Assembly (NCBI GenBank): GCA_013239625.1
Contig: MU053347.1
Coordinates: 2,734 to 66,733 of the forward strand
Reading direction: 5' to 3'
DNA: 64,000 nucleotides
From: Lama guanicoe
Lineage: Eukaryota
Shown: positions 14,301-28,596 of the stretch, in pieces
Layout: each line of letters opens with the position of its first letter
Position numbering within the stretch: the stretch's first letter is position 1
The notes under the pieces: generated by a model
What the model saw: the letters and a program-made list of their open reading frames with translations, nothing else
Told to the model about the DNA's origin: nothing
Databases searched by the model: none
Position numbers and translations under genes: made by a program

Positions 14301-17300
14301 ACTTCAGGATGACACCTGCACCCCAATGTTCATAGCAGCACTATTTACAATAGCCAAAACATGGAAACAACCTAAATGTCCATCTACAGGTGACTGGTTA
14401 AAGAAGATGTGGTATATTTATACAATGGAATATTACTCAGCCATAAAAACTGACAACATAATGCCATTTGCAGCAACATGGATGCTCCTAGAGAATGTCA
14501 TTCTAAGTGAAGTAAGCCAGAAAGTGAAAGAAAAATACCATATGAGATCACTCATATGTGGAATCTAAAAAACAAAAACAAACAAACAAACAAAAACAAA
14601 GCATAAATACAGGACAGAAATAGATTCATGTACAGAGAATACAGATTTGTGGTTACCGGGGGGGCGGGGTAGAGGGTGGGAAGGAAAAGACTGGGATTTC
14701 AAAATTGTAGAATAGATAAACAAGATTACACTGTATAGCACAGGGAAATATACACAAAATGTTATGATAAATCACAGAGAAAAAAATGTGACAATGAGTG
14801 TGTATATGTCCATGAATGACTGAAAAATTGTGCTGAACACTGGAATTTGACACAACACTGTAAAATGATTATGAATCAATAAAAAATGTAAAAAAAAAAG
14901 AGAGAGAAGATTCAAATTACTAAAATGAGAAATAAAAGGAAGGATGTCACTACTGTCCTTAGAAAAATAACAAGGAATATAAGGGAATACAATGGATAAT
15001 TATATAGCCAATAAATGAGATAATCTAGATGGAATGGATAAATTCCTAGAAGGACATAAATGACTGAAGCCAATTCAAGGAGAAATAGAAAAACTCAAAT
15101 AATCCTACAGTAAGTAGTGATGAAATAGTAATCTAAAACATTCCCAGAAGGAATACTAGGCCAGTATGGCTTTGCTGGTGAATTCCATCAACTACTTAAA
15201 GAGAAAACAAAAACAAAAACAAACAAAAAAAGAAAACAATGCTTCACAAACTCGTCTAAAAATAAAGAGGTGGGAACACTTCCCAGTTCATTCAATGAGA
15301 CTAGTATCACACTGATACCAAAACCAGACAAAGGCATCACAAGAAAACTAAAGACTCTCTCTTATGAATATAAATGCAAAAATCCTCAACAGAATACAAG
15401 CAAATCCAATCCAGTAACATATAAAATAGAACACAATTAAATGGGATGTATCCAGGTATGAAAAGGCAGTTCAACATACAAAAGTCAATTCATGTAATAT
15501 GCCATATTAATAGAAAAATGGATAAAAACTAGGAATAGAAGAGAACTTCCTCAACTTGAAAGAGAACATCTATGAAAAACCTGGAGCAAAGATCATACAT
15601 AATGTTGAAAGACTGAATTATATCCTCCCACAATCAACATTGTACTAGAGGTTCTAGTCAAAGCAAGCAGACAAATAAAATAAAGCCTCTAGATTAGAAA
15701 GAAATAAATAAAACTGTTTTCATTCCAGATGACATGATATTATATATTGAAACCACAAGGAATCCACAAAGGAAAAAAGAGAGAGAAAAGAAAAAAAATC
15801 CTTTAAAAATTAATAACCCAGTCTGACCAAAATTGTAAGACATAAATCAATATATAAAAAAGTAATTATATTTCTATACAACAGCAGTGAATAATCTAAA
15901 AATAAAATGAAGGAATCATTTTCATTTACAATAGCATCAAAAAGAATAAAATACTTAGGAATATTAACAAAAATATGTGGAATACTGAGAAAAATGTCTG
16001 AAACTTGTATATAGAAAACTAAAATACTACTGATAGAAGTTAAAAATGACCTAAAATAAATGGAAAGCTCTTCTGTTTTCATGGATCAGAAGCCTTATTA
16101 TTGTTAGGATGGCCATTGTCCTCAAAATGACCTATAGATGCAATGCAATTCTGGCTTTTTGGCAGAAATGAACAAGCTGATCCTAAAACTAATATGGAAA
16201 TGCAAGATACCCAGAATGGTCAAAACAATCTTGAAAAAGAACAAAGTTTTGAAGTTTCCAAATTCAAAACTCACTAACAATACTGTAATCCATACAGTGT
16301 GGTACTTGCATAAATGACAGACAAATAGATTGAGAGAAAAGAATTGAGAGTCCATAAACAAACTCTTACATGTAGCCATTTAATTTTTGACAAAGGTGCT
16401 GTGACAATCCAATGGGGAAAAATTAATCTTTACAAAAATGATGCTGGGACGCCTGCAGAAACACCTGGAAAGATAGAAAACTGAACTTTTATCTTAACAC
16501 CATTTATGAAAGTTAACTGAAAATAAATCACAGACCTGAAACTATAAAACTTTTAGAAAATGAACAATGAGAAATTCTTCATGACTTTGGATTACAAATA
16601 CTTGTAATAAATGACACCAAAAGCACAAACAACAAAAGAAGAAAAATCAAGTAAACTGGACTTCAGTAAAATTAAAAACTTCTGTGCTTCAAAGGACTTC
16701 ATTAAGAAAGTAAGAAGACAATCCACAGGATGGATGAAATTATATCCAATATTTTCCCTGATAAGGGACTTTTATCCAGAAAAGACAAAAAGGACTTAAA
16801 ACGTGACACTGCAGACAAATACAATTAAAATTGGCAAAGAATTTGAATAGATGTTTCTCCAAAGAAGACATACAAATGGGAAATAAGCACATAAAAAGAT
16901 GTGCAACATCAGTAGGCATTAGGGAAACAGAAATCAAAAGCACAATGACATATCAATTCATACCAACTAGGATGACAAATATATATGATATATGATATAT
17001 AAATACGTATCTATAAACCTGGTAATAAAAAGTGTTGAGGATGTGCAGAAACTTGATTCCTCATACATTACTACTGGAAATATAAAATGGTGCAGTCACT
17101 TTAAAAACTACTTCAGCAATTCCTCAAAATGTTAAAAGTAGAATGCATCCCAGCAATTCCATTTTTTGATATATCCTCAAGAAAACTGAATATATGTGTT
17201 CACACAAAAACTTGTCCATGAGCATTTACAGCAGAATTATTCATCATCAGCTGACGGATGGATAAGCAATGTGGAGTATTTATAACAATGGCATATTACT

Positions 17301-17640
17301 TGAACACAAAAAGGAATTTGGGTATTGATATATGCTACACCATGGATGAGCCTAGACAATGTCACACTAAATGAAAGACGACAATCAAAAAAGGAAGCAT
17401 ACTGTATGGTTCTAATTTTATGAAATGCCCAGAAGAGGCAAATCCGTAGAGGCAGAAAGTAGAGTGGTGGCTGCTGGGGCCTAAGGGAAAGGAAGGTTAG
17501 GGACTGACTTACTAAAGGGTACTGGTTCCTTTTGGGGGTGATGGCTACAAAGCCCTGAAATTTACTTAAAACCCTAATGCACACTTTCAAAGGCTGCATT
17601 TTAAGGTATGTGAATTATATCTCCATAAAGCTGTTATTCT
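11400..17640 (+). mobile_element. Old, heavily diverged LINE-1 (L1M-type) with ORF1/ORF2 remnants and 3' end
   Basis: ORF1-like remnants (about 12450-13380, e.g. DFSSETMETRRHW), ORF2-like remnants (MTPKAQTTKEEK..KLDFSKIKNFCASKD), L1M-type 3' terminus ending aaagctgtt. Most of the endonuclease region is deleted near 13920. Confidence 0.85.
14048..14899 (+). mobile_element. Young 5'-truncated LINE-1 nested in the old L1
   Basis: Uninterrupted ORF2 C-terminal ORF 14056-14568 ([19 protein letters not shown]...), 3'UTR and polyA; probable TSD AAAAAAAAAAGA at 14036-14047 and 14890-14901. Confidence 0.92.
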
Positions 17641-17645
17641 TGAAG

Positions 17646-20600
17646 CTGAGCCCACCTATGGAGCAAATGGCACAGCACTGACTGCGGCATCCAGAAGGGA
17701 AGTAACCCACCTGCCCACCATGAAGGAGAGCAGCACCTGACCCAGGGTTGGAGGGGCACGATATTCTTGCTGATGGACACTGTGAGTAGCACAGACGAGG
17801 GGGCCAACAGAGCAAGCTGAGTTCGTGAAACAGGGTGAAGACACAAAGACCTCTCAATAAAACCATTAAGAGTGCACAGTCTCTAGGAGAACACATCTTT
17901 GTTTTTTAAATCTTTTTATACCTGTTTTATTTACTATTCCCTTTTTAATCTTTACTTTTTAAACAGTTCTATATGTTTACAGTTCTCATTTCATTTTTAA
18001 TTCTCTTGGTTTTCATCTGTTATTGATTATTCACAGGTTTCAAATATTGTGTTTTGATTTTTTCTTCTTTTTATTAAGGCTTTTAAAAGACAGCTCAACT
18101 TGACTGTTATTCTGTTTCAACTTGCTCTTCTATTATTGATTATACACTGTTTTCAAACCTTCTTTTCCTCCATTCTTTTAAAATTCTCTATATCTCTCTC
18201 ATTTTTAAGTTATATTTCCACATAGGCTTTAGATAGATAAATAAATAAACTCCATTAAGGACCACAATAGATAACTGATACACCTTAAGCCACAGGGCCA
18301 CTATGAGCTGTATGAAAAAGCAGAGGATGTATTCCCAATTAAAAGAGCAAGAGAAATCCCCTGAAAGAACGATCAATGAAATAGACATTGATGGCCTACT
18401 AGAAGATGATTTCAAAAAAAAGTGATCAAATTACTGAAGGAACTAAAAGAGATAGTGTTTAGAGACATAAAATATGTCAAAAACAAAATAGAAGCTATAA
18501 AGAAGAGCCAAGTAGAATTGGTAAATTCATTGGCTGAAATGAGATCTGACCTAAAGGCTGTAAAAATCAGGCAAGATAATGCAGAGGAACTAATAAGTGA
18601 CTTAGAAGACAGGACAACAGAAAGCACCCAATCAGAACAGCTGAGAGAAAAACAAATTTAAAACAATGAAAACAGTATAAGGAACCTACGGGATAATATA
18701 AAGCATGCCAATCTATGCAAAATAGGGGTTCTAGAATGGAAGAAAGAACAAAGGGGATGGAAAAGCTATTTAAAGAAATCATGACTGAAAACTTCCCAAA
18801 CCTAAAGAAGGAATCAGACACCCAAGAAAAGGAGGCTCAGATGTTCCCAAAAAGGAAGAGCCTAAAGAGACCCACACCAAGACACATCATAATCAAGATG
18901 GCCAGACTGAAGGATAAAGAAATGATCCTAAAGGCAGCAAGAGAAAAACAAAGAGTGAGTTACAAGAGAAGGCTCTCAGCTGATTTCTCTACAGAAACAC
19001 TACAGGCCAGAAGGGAGTGGCAAGATATTTTCAAAGTCCTGAATGAAAAAACAGATGCAGCCTAGGATATTTTCTGCAGCAAGGCTATCCTTTAGAATAG
19101 AAGTAGAGATATAGAATTTCACAGAGAAGCAAAAACTAAAAGACTTTAGCAACACTAAACCCATGCAAAAAAAAATATAGAAAGGTCTACTCTAAATAGA
19201 AAAGAAGCAGGATGCTACAGAAATGAGAACTCATAACTGGAAAGGTGATAACTACCATGAAGTACAAATACAATAAACATGAAATTGTAAAAGAAGACAT
19301 TTAAACCATTGAGTGGGAGGAGGAAGCAAGAAAATATAGAGTATTTTTCCTTTCTTCTTCTTTTTTTTTAATTTTTTGTTCTCGGTAGGATGGGTTTGAG
19401 ATCACATTACTATCTGTTTAGTACACACAGTTAGAGTAATTGGTTAACAGACTTACAAAAAAAGTGTAGCCACAAGCCAAAAACTTACAAGTGAGTCACA
19501 AAAACTAAATACAATCCAAGATAATACAAAGGAAATTTATCATACCACAAAAGGAAGAAGAAAGGAACAGGGAAGAAATACCAAATCAACTGCAAAAATA
19601 AGTTCAAAATAGCAATAAACACTCATCTATCATTCATTACTGTAAATGTTAATGGACTAAATGCTCCAGTCAAAAGGCAGAGTGGCATACAGGATAATAA
19701 AGAAAGAACCTTCAATACACTGCATACAAGGGACACACATTAGGGAGATTGACATATATAGTTTGAGAGTGAATGGATGGAAAAGGATAGTCCATGAAAA
19801 TGGAAATGCCAAAAAAGCAGGTGCAGCAGTGCTGATTTCAGACAAAATAGACTTTAAAACAAAGGCCATAAAGAAAGATAAATAAAGACATTTTGTGATT
19901 AAAGGAGCAATACAAGATGAGGATATTATAATCATTAATATATATGCACCCAACATGAACACCTAAGTACATAAAGCAACTACGAACAGAGATAAAGGGG
20001 GAAATTGATGGGAATACAATCATTGTCAGAAATTTTAACACCATATTAACATCACAAGACAGATCTTCCAGACAGAAAATAAATAAGGAAACAGAGAAAT
20101 TAAATGATACAAGAGAAAAATTAGATTTAGTGGATGATTTCAGAGCATTACAAGCCCCCAAAATAGGATATATATTATTATCAAGTGCACGTGGAACATT
20201 TTCTAAGGTTTGTCATGTACTTGGTCACAAAAGAAGACTCAACAATTTTAAGAAGATAGAAATTATCTCAAACATCTTTATTGACCACAAAGCCATTGAA
20301 ACCAGAAATCAACTAAGGAGAAACAAAGGAGAAATAAAGGAAATCATAGAGATTAAACAATATGCTATTAAAAAACCAATGGGTCAATGATGAAATCAAA
20401 GTTGAAATGAAAGAATACCTTGAGACAAATGAAAATGAAAACACAACCACACAAAACTTATGGGACACAGCAAAACAGTGCTAAGAGGAAAGGTTAGGGC
20501 GATACAGGCCTTCCTCAAAAAAGAAGAACAATATCAAATAAACAATCTAACCCACCAGATAAAATTAAGGAATACCTTGAGACATATGAAAATGAAAACA

Positions 20601-23167
20601 ACCACAAAAAACTCATGGGACAAAGCAAAAGCAGTGCTAAGAGGAAAGGTTAGGGCGATACAGGCCTTCCTCAAAAAAGAAGAACAATATCAAATAAACA
20701 ATCTAACCCACCAGATAAAAGAGCTAGAAACAGAAGAGCAAAATCACCCAAAAGTCAGCAGAAAGAAGGAAATAATAAAGATCAGGGAGGAAATAAATAA
20801 AATAGAGTTTAAAAAAATAAAGAAAATAATCAATCAAACCAAAAGCTAGATTTTTGAAAGAGTAAATAAAATCGACAAACCTCTGGCCAAACTCACAAAG
20901 AAGAAAAAAGAGAGAGCACAAATTTGCAAAATAAGAAAGGAAAATGGAGAAATTACAACAAATAACATTGAAATACAAAATATCATATGAGAATATCATG
21001 AAAAACTACATGGAAATAAATGAATAACCTAGCGGAGATGGACAAGTTTCTGGAAACATACAGTCCACCAAGACTGAATCAAGAAGAAACCGACCACTTG
21101 AACAAACCAATCAATAGGAATGAAATTGAATAAACAATAAAAAAAAAAACCTCCNNNNNNNNNNNNNNNNNNNNNNNNNNNNNNNNNNNNNNNNNNNNAT
21201 TCTACCACCAAAGAAGAACTCATACCAGTCCTTCTCAAACTCTTCCAGAAGATTGAAAAGAAGTAATATTCCCAAACTCATTCTATGAAGCCACCATCTC
21301 CTTGCTACTAAAACCAGGCAATAACACCACCAAAGAAGAGAATTACACACCAATATCACTGATGAACACAGATGCAAAAAGTCCTTTCCAAATTACTAGC
21401 AAATAGAATCCAACAGTACATAAAAAAGATTATATATTATGCTCAAATGGGGTTCATCTCAGGGGCACAAGGGTGGTTTAACAAATGCAAATCAATCAAT
21501 GTAATACTTCACATCAACAAGATAAAGGACAAAAACCACATGATCATCTCAAAAGATGCAGAAAAGCTTTTGATAAAATTCAACACCCATTTATGATAAA
21601 ATTTCTCACCAATGTGGGTATTGAGGAAACATAACTCAACATCATAAAAGCTATATATGGCAAACCTACAGCCAGCGTAGCACTCAAGGGTGAAAAACTC
21701 AAAAGCTTCCCACTAAAATCTGGGACAAGACAAGGATGCCCACTATCACTACTCCTATTCAACATAGACTTGGAAGGCCTGGATAGAGCATCAGGCAAGT
21801 AAGAAAAGTAAAAGGGGTCTAAATTGGAAAAGAAGAGGTAAAAGTGTCACTATATGCAGATGACACGATACTATATCTAGAAAACCCTAAAAGGTCCAAA
21901 CAAAAAATACTAGAGCTGATCGAAGGATTTATCAAGGTAGCAGGTTACAAGATTAATGTTCAAAAATCAGTTACATTTCTTTACACTAATGATGAATCAA
22001 CAGAAAAAGAAGTAAAGAAACAATCCCCTTTAAAATAGCACCCAAAGTAATAAAATATCTGGGAATAAATCTAACCACAGAGGATAGAGAATTATACACA
22101 GAAAATTATAAAACTTTGGTGATAGGAATTAAAAAAGACTTTAAAAAATGGAAAGGTATCCCATTCTCTTGGATTGCAAGAATCAATATTGTTAAAATGA
22201 TCACACTGCCCAAGGGAATCTACAGATTTAATGCAATCCCTATCACATTACCCAGGACATATGTCATAGAACTAGAACAAATCACAATAAAATTTATATG
22301 GAACCAACAAAGACACAGAATTTCCAGAGCATTACTGAAGAAAAAAAGAAAGAGCCTGTGGGAATAACTCTCCCAGACTTCAGAAAATACTATAAAGTTA
22401 CACTCATAAAGACAGCATGGTATTGGTTCAAAAACAGACATATAGACCAATGGAACAGAATAGAGAGCCCAGAAATGAACCACAATCTTTTGGTCAACTA
22501 ATCTTCGACAAAGGAGGCAAGAATATACAATGGAATAAAGATAGTCTCTTCAGGAAGATAAACATAAGACAAGGTTCAATAAACCTCCAAGAAGAAAATA
22601 CAGGCAAAATATCTGACATACATCTCAGAAATGTTCCCCTAAGGCAGTCAACACAAGCAATAGAAATAAAAGCAAGAATAAAAAAATGGGACCTAATGAA
22701 ACTTACAAGCTTCTGCACAGCAAAGGACACCATAAGTAAAACAAAAATACAAACTACAGAATGGGAGAACATTTTTGCAAATGAAAGTGACAAAGGCTTG
22801 ATCTCAAGAATATATATGCAGCTCATATGACTTAATAAGAAACAACCAAATAACCCAAACCGAAAATGGAAAAAAGAAACACCAAATAACCCAAACCGAA
22901 AATGGGCAGAAGACCTAAACCAGCAATTCTCCAAGGAAGACATACAAATGATCAATGGGCACAGAAAAAACGGTTCAGTATCACTAATTATCAGAGAAAT
23001 GCAAATCAAAGCTACAATGAGGTATCACCTCAAACCAGTCAGAATGCCATCATTCAAAAATCCACAAATGACAAATGCTAGAGAGGCTGTGGAGAAAGGG
23101 GAACCTTCCTCAACTGTTGGTGGAAATGAATTTTGGTCCAGCCATTTTGAAAAACAGATTGAAGATT
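17646..23167 (+). mobile_element. Near-full-length lineage-specific LINE-1 (partial 5'UTR, ORF1, ORF2), inactive, running into a gap
   Basis: ORF1 fragments about 18303-19195 (EIMTENFPNL, RPTPRHIIIKMA, RLSADFSTETLQARREW); ORF2 EN/RT fragments from about 19609 ([15 protein letters not shown]); many stops and frameshifts; internal duplications at 20413-20720 and about 22837-22905. Confidence 0.95.
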
Positions 23168-23489
23168 NNNNNNNNNNNNNNNNNNNNNNNNNNNNNNNNN
23201 NNNNNNNNNNNNNNNNNNNNNNNNNNNNNNNNNNNNNNNNNNNNNNNNNNNNNNNNNNNNNNNNNNNNNNNNNNNNNNNNNNNNNNNNNNNNNNNNNNNN
23301 NNNNNNNNNNNNNNNNNNNNNNNNNNNNNNNNNNNNNNNNNNNNNNNNNNNNNNNNNNNNNNNNNNNNNNNNNNNNNNNNNNNNNNNNNNNNNNNNNNNN
23401 NNNNNNNNNNNNNNNNNNNNNNNNNNNNNNNNNNNNNNNNNNNNNNNNNNNNTAAGTAAGCACGGTAACAAGGAATAAAGAGAAGTTAC

Positions 23490-23624
23490 CTCCAGGTAGA
23501 GTTATTTTGATTAAAATATCCATACAGAAAGCAAGTCACCCCCACGACTGCTGCCAGGAGGAGCATCTGAGTGTAATAGCCCAGCCAAGCAAAGTAGATT
23601 CCAACCTTCACCCCGTAGAATTTC
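23490..23624 (-). pseudogene. ANO6: ANO6 exon 8 homologue (TM1), acceptor mutated
   Basis: 135 nt, open frame KFYGVKVGIYFAWLGYYTQMLLLAAVVGVTCFLYGYFNQNNSTW. Donor GTAACT intact; acceptor is GG (23625-23626) rather than AG. Confidence 0.95.
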
Positions 23625-23696
23625 CCGCAGAAAGACAAAAGGTAGTTTCAGAAGACACATATAATCTCTCTGTAACTTCATCCTCATGTTAATTTC

Positions 23697-23828
23697 TTTT
23701 TCCTTTTCTTTGTGGAGGGGGCATAATTAGGTTTATTTATTTGTTTTTTAAATGGAGGCATTGGGGATAGAACCCGGGACCTTATGCATGCTAGGTATGC
23801 ACTCTACCACTGAGCTATACCCTCCCTC
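23697..23828 (-). mobile_element. tRNA-derived SINE (camelid type)
   Basis: ctctaccactgagctataccctccc; flanked by TCATGTTAATTTCT / TCATATTAATTTCT TSD-like repeats. Confidence 0.9.
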
Positions 23829-26251
23829 CATCATATTAATTTCTGATTCTAAATCAAGGGGGCTTCAAGTTTAAACCTCTGACTTCATTCACACTTAAAA
23901 CATATGCGTTTTCATAGCATCCCCCAAGTTCTACCGTGAAATAAGGAGTATTTTACGTATTATAGAAGTAGAGATAACTGGTTCACCTGCTGAAGAGAGA
24001 TAAATGAGAACAGAGCAAAGGAGGGGACGAGGCCGACTCTGGAGCAGATGCAGGGGATCATCACCACTCACTGGACAGTCTGGCACATTCAACAAATCCC
24101 CCCAAAGATCATTCTTAACAGGCTTGACAGAAATCATCAAGTGCTCAGTCATCTGCTCCTGCCTTATCTCGGGAACTTCCCTGGAGCAAATGCATCGTAA
24201 ACCGCAGATAATAAGGAAATGTCTGATAATGATAACAACTGGGAGTGCAATGTCTCTCTGGCAAAATACTTATAAAACTCATTGTGGGAACGGGAGATGG
24301 CAGGAGGGATATGACTGAGGAAGGTACTGCCCTGTATTCTTCGTATCTAACACGTCTGTTTTTCCTAGGTTTTAAAAACTCTTCAATGTTTCTCAGTTAA
24401 TCTGGAGTAGATGGAACAGGCCACGGAGGCAAGATTAGAAGAAAGGAGGCAGGCCATGAAGCGGTGCCAGGCTGGTCCTGAAAGGGAGACAGACACAGAC
24501 AGGCAGACACAGACGGTTTAGGAATGAGGCGGAACAATGAGACGGCTGCTCAGTTGTGTCTTGCTGTTGCTGATACTCCCCTCAACTGGCTCATTACTGA
24601 CTCGGCAGTGCTTGGTAAAACCTGTGGATTTCTTTAGCTCTGAGTTCTCTCTGAGGCTTCCGGCTCAGTCTGGAACTGAGATGAGCTCCATGGGCTTAGC
24701 CTAGGGGGGGATCAGCTCTGAGAACAGCCTGCAGTCCTGGGAAACATCACGCAGGAAACCCCTTGGGCTGGACCAGCGCTCACAGGGCTGCTGTGAGACC
24801 AGCTCCATCGTCAGAGACCTGGGCGTGTACCATTTCATGGGGAAAAGGGCTGGGCCCTATGCCAAATCAGATAGGAGGGGCAAATTATGTTCATTCTCAT
24901 GTGACTGGGCTTTGTGGCCTGGCTCACAGATGGCAGGCTCAGGATGGTGTCTGGCAGAGAAAACCCTGGCAATGGGTTTGAGATGTCTTGGACTCGTTCT
25001 TGTTAAGCTTTTTGTAATACATTCTTATCAACTCTCCGTTCTGAAAATGCCACATTCAAAACTGAAATAATCTTAGAAGTTGCCTTTCCAACTGCCCAAT
25101 GGTAAACACACACTACTACAGTTAGAGAGCTGCTCAGGCAGCCTCTGCCTGGATTTTTACAGTGACGGGGAGTTCATTATTTACAAAGGTTACATGTCGG
25201 TAAGAAGGTCAGACAGAATTTTTGAACCTTAAACAGATGTCTGCCCCCTAGTCCTTGCTGAAAGGCTAGGAATAATGTGGATCCTTTCAAATGTATTTTG
25301 TCTGATTGTTATCCCTCTCTGTCAAAAACACCCCGATTCTAAATATCAAATTTTCAAAATTTATCTTTGATTTCTTTTTATCAATGTTATGCCATACATT
25401 CATTGAAGAGTCAAACAGTTCTCGAACACCGATTGTAGAAAGGAGCAGTTCCCAACAACCGCCCCATTTCCTGGCCAGAGCTGAACCACGTTCAGCTCCT
25501 ACTGCTGACTCCTGGAATAATTACTCCCTATCTCTGACTAATATCCTTGTAATGCAGCCTACTGGCTTTTTCAGCTTTATGGATCACCTATTTAACTTTG
25601 TGTTTTGGAAAATGAGGATTAAGCTCTCTTTCAAACCTCATCTCATCTACAAACCCAAAACTTCATTCCTCCAACCTTTTGATACAATTACATTTTAATT
25701 TTGACAAGCTCAGTAGCCTTGCTTTACATTATTAGCTCTCTGTACAGACTGTTCACAGCTGTAGAAAGTTGCCTGCTAGGCTTACTTTTTTCTTCCCTTT
25801 GTTTTACCTGGAGTTAATAATCATCTTGGTGGTTCATAAGTTAGATTTCTGTGCACTTAACAATTCAACCCCAGACCTTCCCCTAATGAATAACTTTCTC
25901 AATACTTTCCAATACATTGTCTACAAATTTCATCTCCTTGAATAAATCTCTTCAGATCTCCTTCAATCTTGATTAACGACATGCTAGTCTTGTCACAGAC
26001 CTCAAGGGGCCACGAGTGGGAAGCAACAAAGGGAACACATGGACCAGGGGCAGGGAACAGATCAACATATTTTCCTTAGCAAAACATACTTAAAATAGTG
26101 GGACAATTGTTTTCTTTATAAACACAGACATAAAACCCAAAAGCCCATAAAGAATGATTGAACAGCCGTCAAACCCATTGCCCTGCCATCAAATTCTGTA
26201 TAACAAAACAAAAATAACAGAAGGAAAATATCATATAAATATGAATCTCAA

Positions 26252-26356
26252 GGGGGATGGGGTACACTCAGTGGCAGTGTGTGAACTCAGTATGCATAAG
26301 TTCCTGGATTCAATCTTCAGTACCTCCATTAGAAAAAAAATTAAAAAGAAAAGAAA
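26252..26356 (+). mobile_element. tRNA-derived SINE (diverged)
   Basis: ggggtacactcagtggcag...ttcctggattcaatcttcagtacctccatt followed by an A tail. Confidence 0.8.
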
Positions 26357-28101
26357 AATGTATCAACTTTAAATATTTACATATGTACAAACATCCTCTT
26401 TTAAAACTGTCTTCTACAGGATAACCGGGATTAAGGAGAAAGTGCCTCTTCATGACTGTGATCCTGCTGATAACTGAGTGAGGAAATTCGTGTATGACCT
26501 CATGAAATAAAATCCCTTATGAAATAATGATCCCAGGTGACAATCATTATTGGCTGCTATCATCAAAAAAAGAGAGTCAACTGGAAATTATGTACCTTAT
26601 GACAGGAGTACAAAACTTCACATAACAATTATTCTTGCACAAAGTTGAATCTCAATCAGATCAAGCTTTTAGGGGAGGATCAAATCACTGAGCTAAAGCA
26701 AATACATAGGATGGAGAAACAAGTCTAACACCACAGGGGAGAATGAATTCAGCCAAACAGGAAATAGAGAAACCCCTCAGGAATTTCAAGGAAAATGAGA
26801 AACAGGAAAATTTTCGATTAGAACCCACTTGAGACATATACTAGCTGCAATATCTGAACCTAGTCTGGATCCCGATTTGAACCCCAAAACAACTTAAAAG
26901 TGTATTTTTGTGACAATCAGGGAATTACTTTGTAACCCTAAATAAAAAAGGAATATTCCAATTGTATTTGAAAGAGACCTTGTCATTTCACTAATGAAAG
27001 GTTAAGCTATGTAGGATTGTCTTCAAAATGATCCCGTAGAGGGGGAGGGGAGGAGGTAGAGATGAAAGATGCAACAGCAGTGACTCTGAGTTTATAATTC
27101 TGGAGCTGGGTGACTGATACAGGCAGGCTGGCTGTGCTGTTCTCTCTACTTCTGTACATGTTTGAATCTTTCCATAAAATGTGAAACAAACAAAAAGATT
27201 TCAGTGTTTTAAATCCCTCACTTTGAAGGTTAAGAGGTTTGCCCAAGTAGGTGGGCACCTGCATGGGGCACTGAGATTAGGAAGATCAGGCACCTGGCTC
27301 CAGGCCGACCTGGGGCTACCTTGACCCTCCTCTTCTCCTAACCATCCACAGCCAGCCCATAAATGCATCCTGTCAGCTCCACTCCCCAAACGCATTCCTC
27401 CTTGGCTCCCACCATCTCCCATCTGGCCCACTCCAGGAGCCTCCTACCCTGCCTCCCTGCTTCCTGGGTCCCTGCAATTCATTCTCCAAATTATCGTTGT
27501 AAAATGTGAGTGAGAGAAAATTACTTTAGTGCCTAAACTATCATGACTGCTTCTCACTACACTTAGAGTCTACACTCCTTTCCGTGCTCCTGATGCCCTT
27601 CTAAACACCGCGTCTCATCACTCTCACCAGTGCTGGCTCCAGTATCTCCTCAAACCTGCTGAGCACATTTGTGCCTGGGAGCCAATGGACAAGCTGCCTC
27701 TATTCCTGGGGTGACTTTTCCCAGATCCCCAGAGTCCAACCTCCTTATCACCATCTCAGCTCACATGTAACCTACTCAAAGATAACTTTCTTAACTCACT
27801 TCCCCCCAAGACTCCCATCTCAACACTGTGTTATTTTCTTCATTTCAATCTGACATTGTTTCCTTATTTGCCCAATTATTTTTGTTTGCTCGGTTTTCCT
27901 TGGCCTCCCTCCCCACAGCAGCCTTGCCCAAAGAGCATAAGCTCACGGGGAGCAGCCGGCACTGCTGCTCTGAGAAGACACATGCTGAGCACGACATTAC
28001 AGTCACGTGGTGTAGTGAACCGGTGTCGAACAGCAGATACAGCAAAGCAGTGAGAATTTCTCTCTTATTATATAATTTAAGCGAAATCTAACATTTACTC
28101 C

Positions 28102-28590
28102 TGTTTAATGAAGAATTTGGTAGGTCTTTGGTCCCAGTTCCTGGATGGCAACCCTTAAAGCTTTGAAATTTCCCAAACCCTTAAAGAAATTTCCCAAGAT
28201 AGGAGTGTCTTTGCTATTCATGGTGGAAACTTGGATGGCTTGTGTTCATGAGATGACTCAGGATGGGGACTGGCCAGGCAGATACACCAACCATGTGATT
28301 AGAGGAGTGGGGCTTTGAGCTTTGTGACAAGTGAGTGACCACCAGGAGAGAAAGGGGCTCAGCGGTTAGGGCTAATGAAAAGTTTGACTTACAGTTAGGG
28401 TTTGGGTTCTCCATGTCGGTAGTGACCCAATAAATCATGTCTTTGTTATAAAGCCTCCAGCAAAAACTTGGGGCAACAAAGCTCAGAGCTCCTGTGAGCT
28501 TCCTGGTTGGTAACACTCTTGGAGAACTGTCACCTTCAGATGCCATGAGGGCAACCTTGAGCCCTTCCCACTGGAGTGCTCTCCACAACA
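28102..28590 (+). mobile_element. MER21-like LTR
   Basis: Starts TGT; ggtctttggtcccagttcctgg...gataggagtgtctt...accaaccatgtgattagagg...gagcttcctggttggtaacact resembles the MER21 family. Confidence 0.65.
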
Positions 28591-28596
28591 GCTCAC

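Noticed and set aside
14056..14568. 170-aa ORF as a cellular gene
   Set aside because: It is the L1 ORF2 C-terminus of a 5'-truncated insertion.
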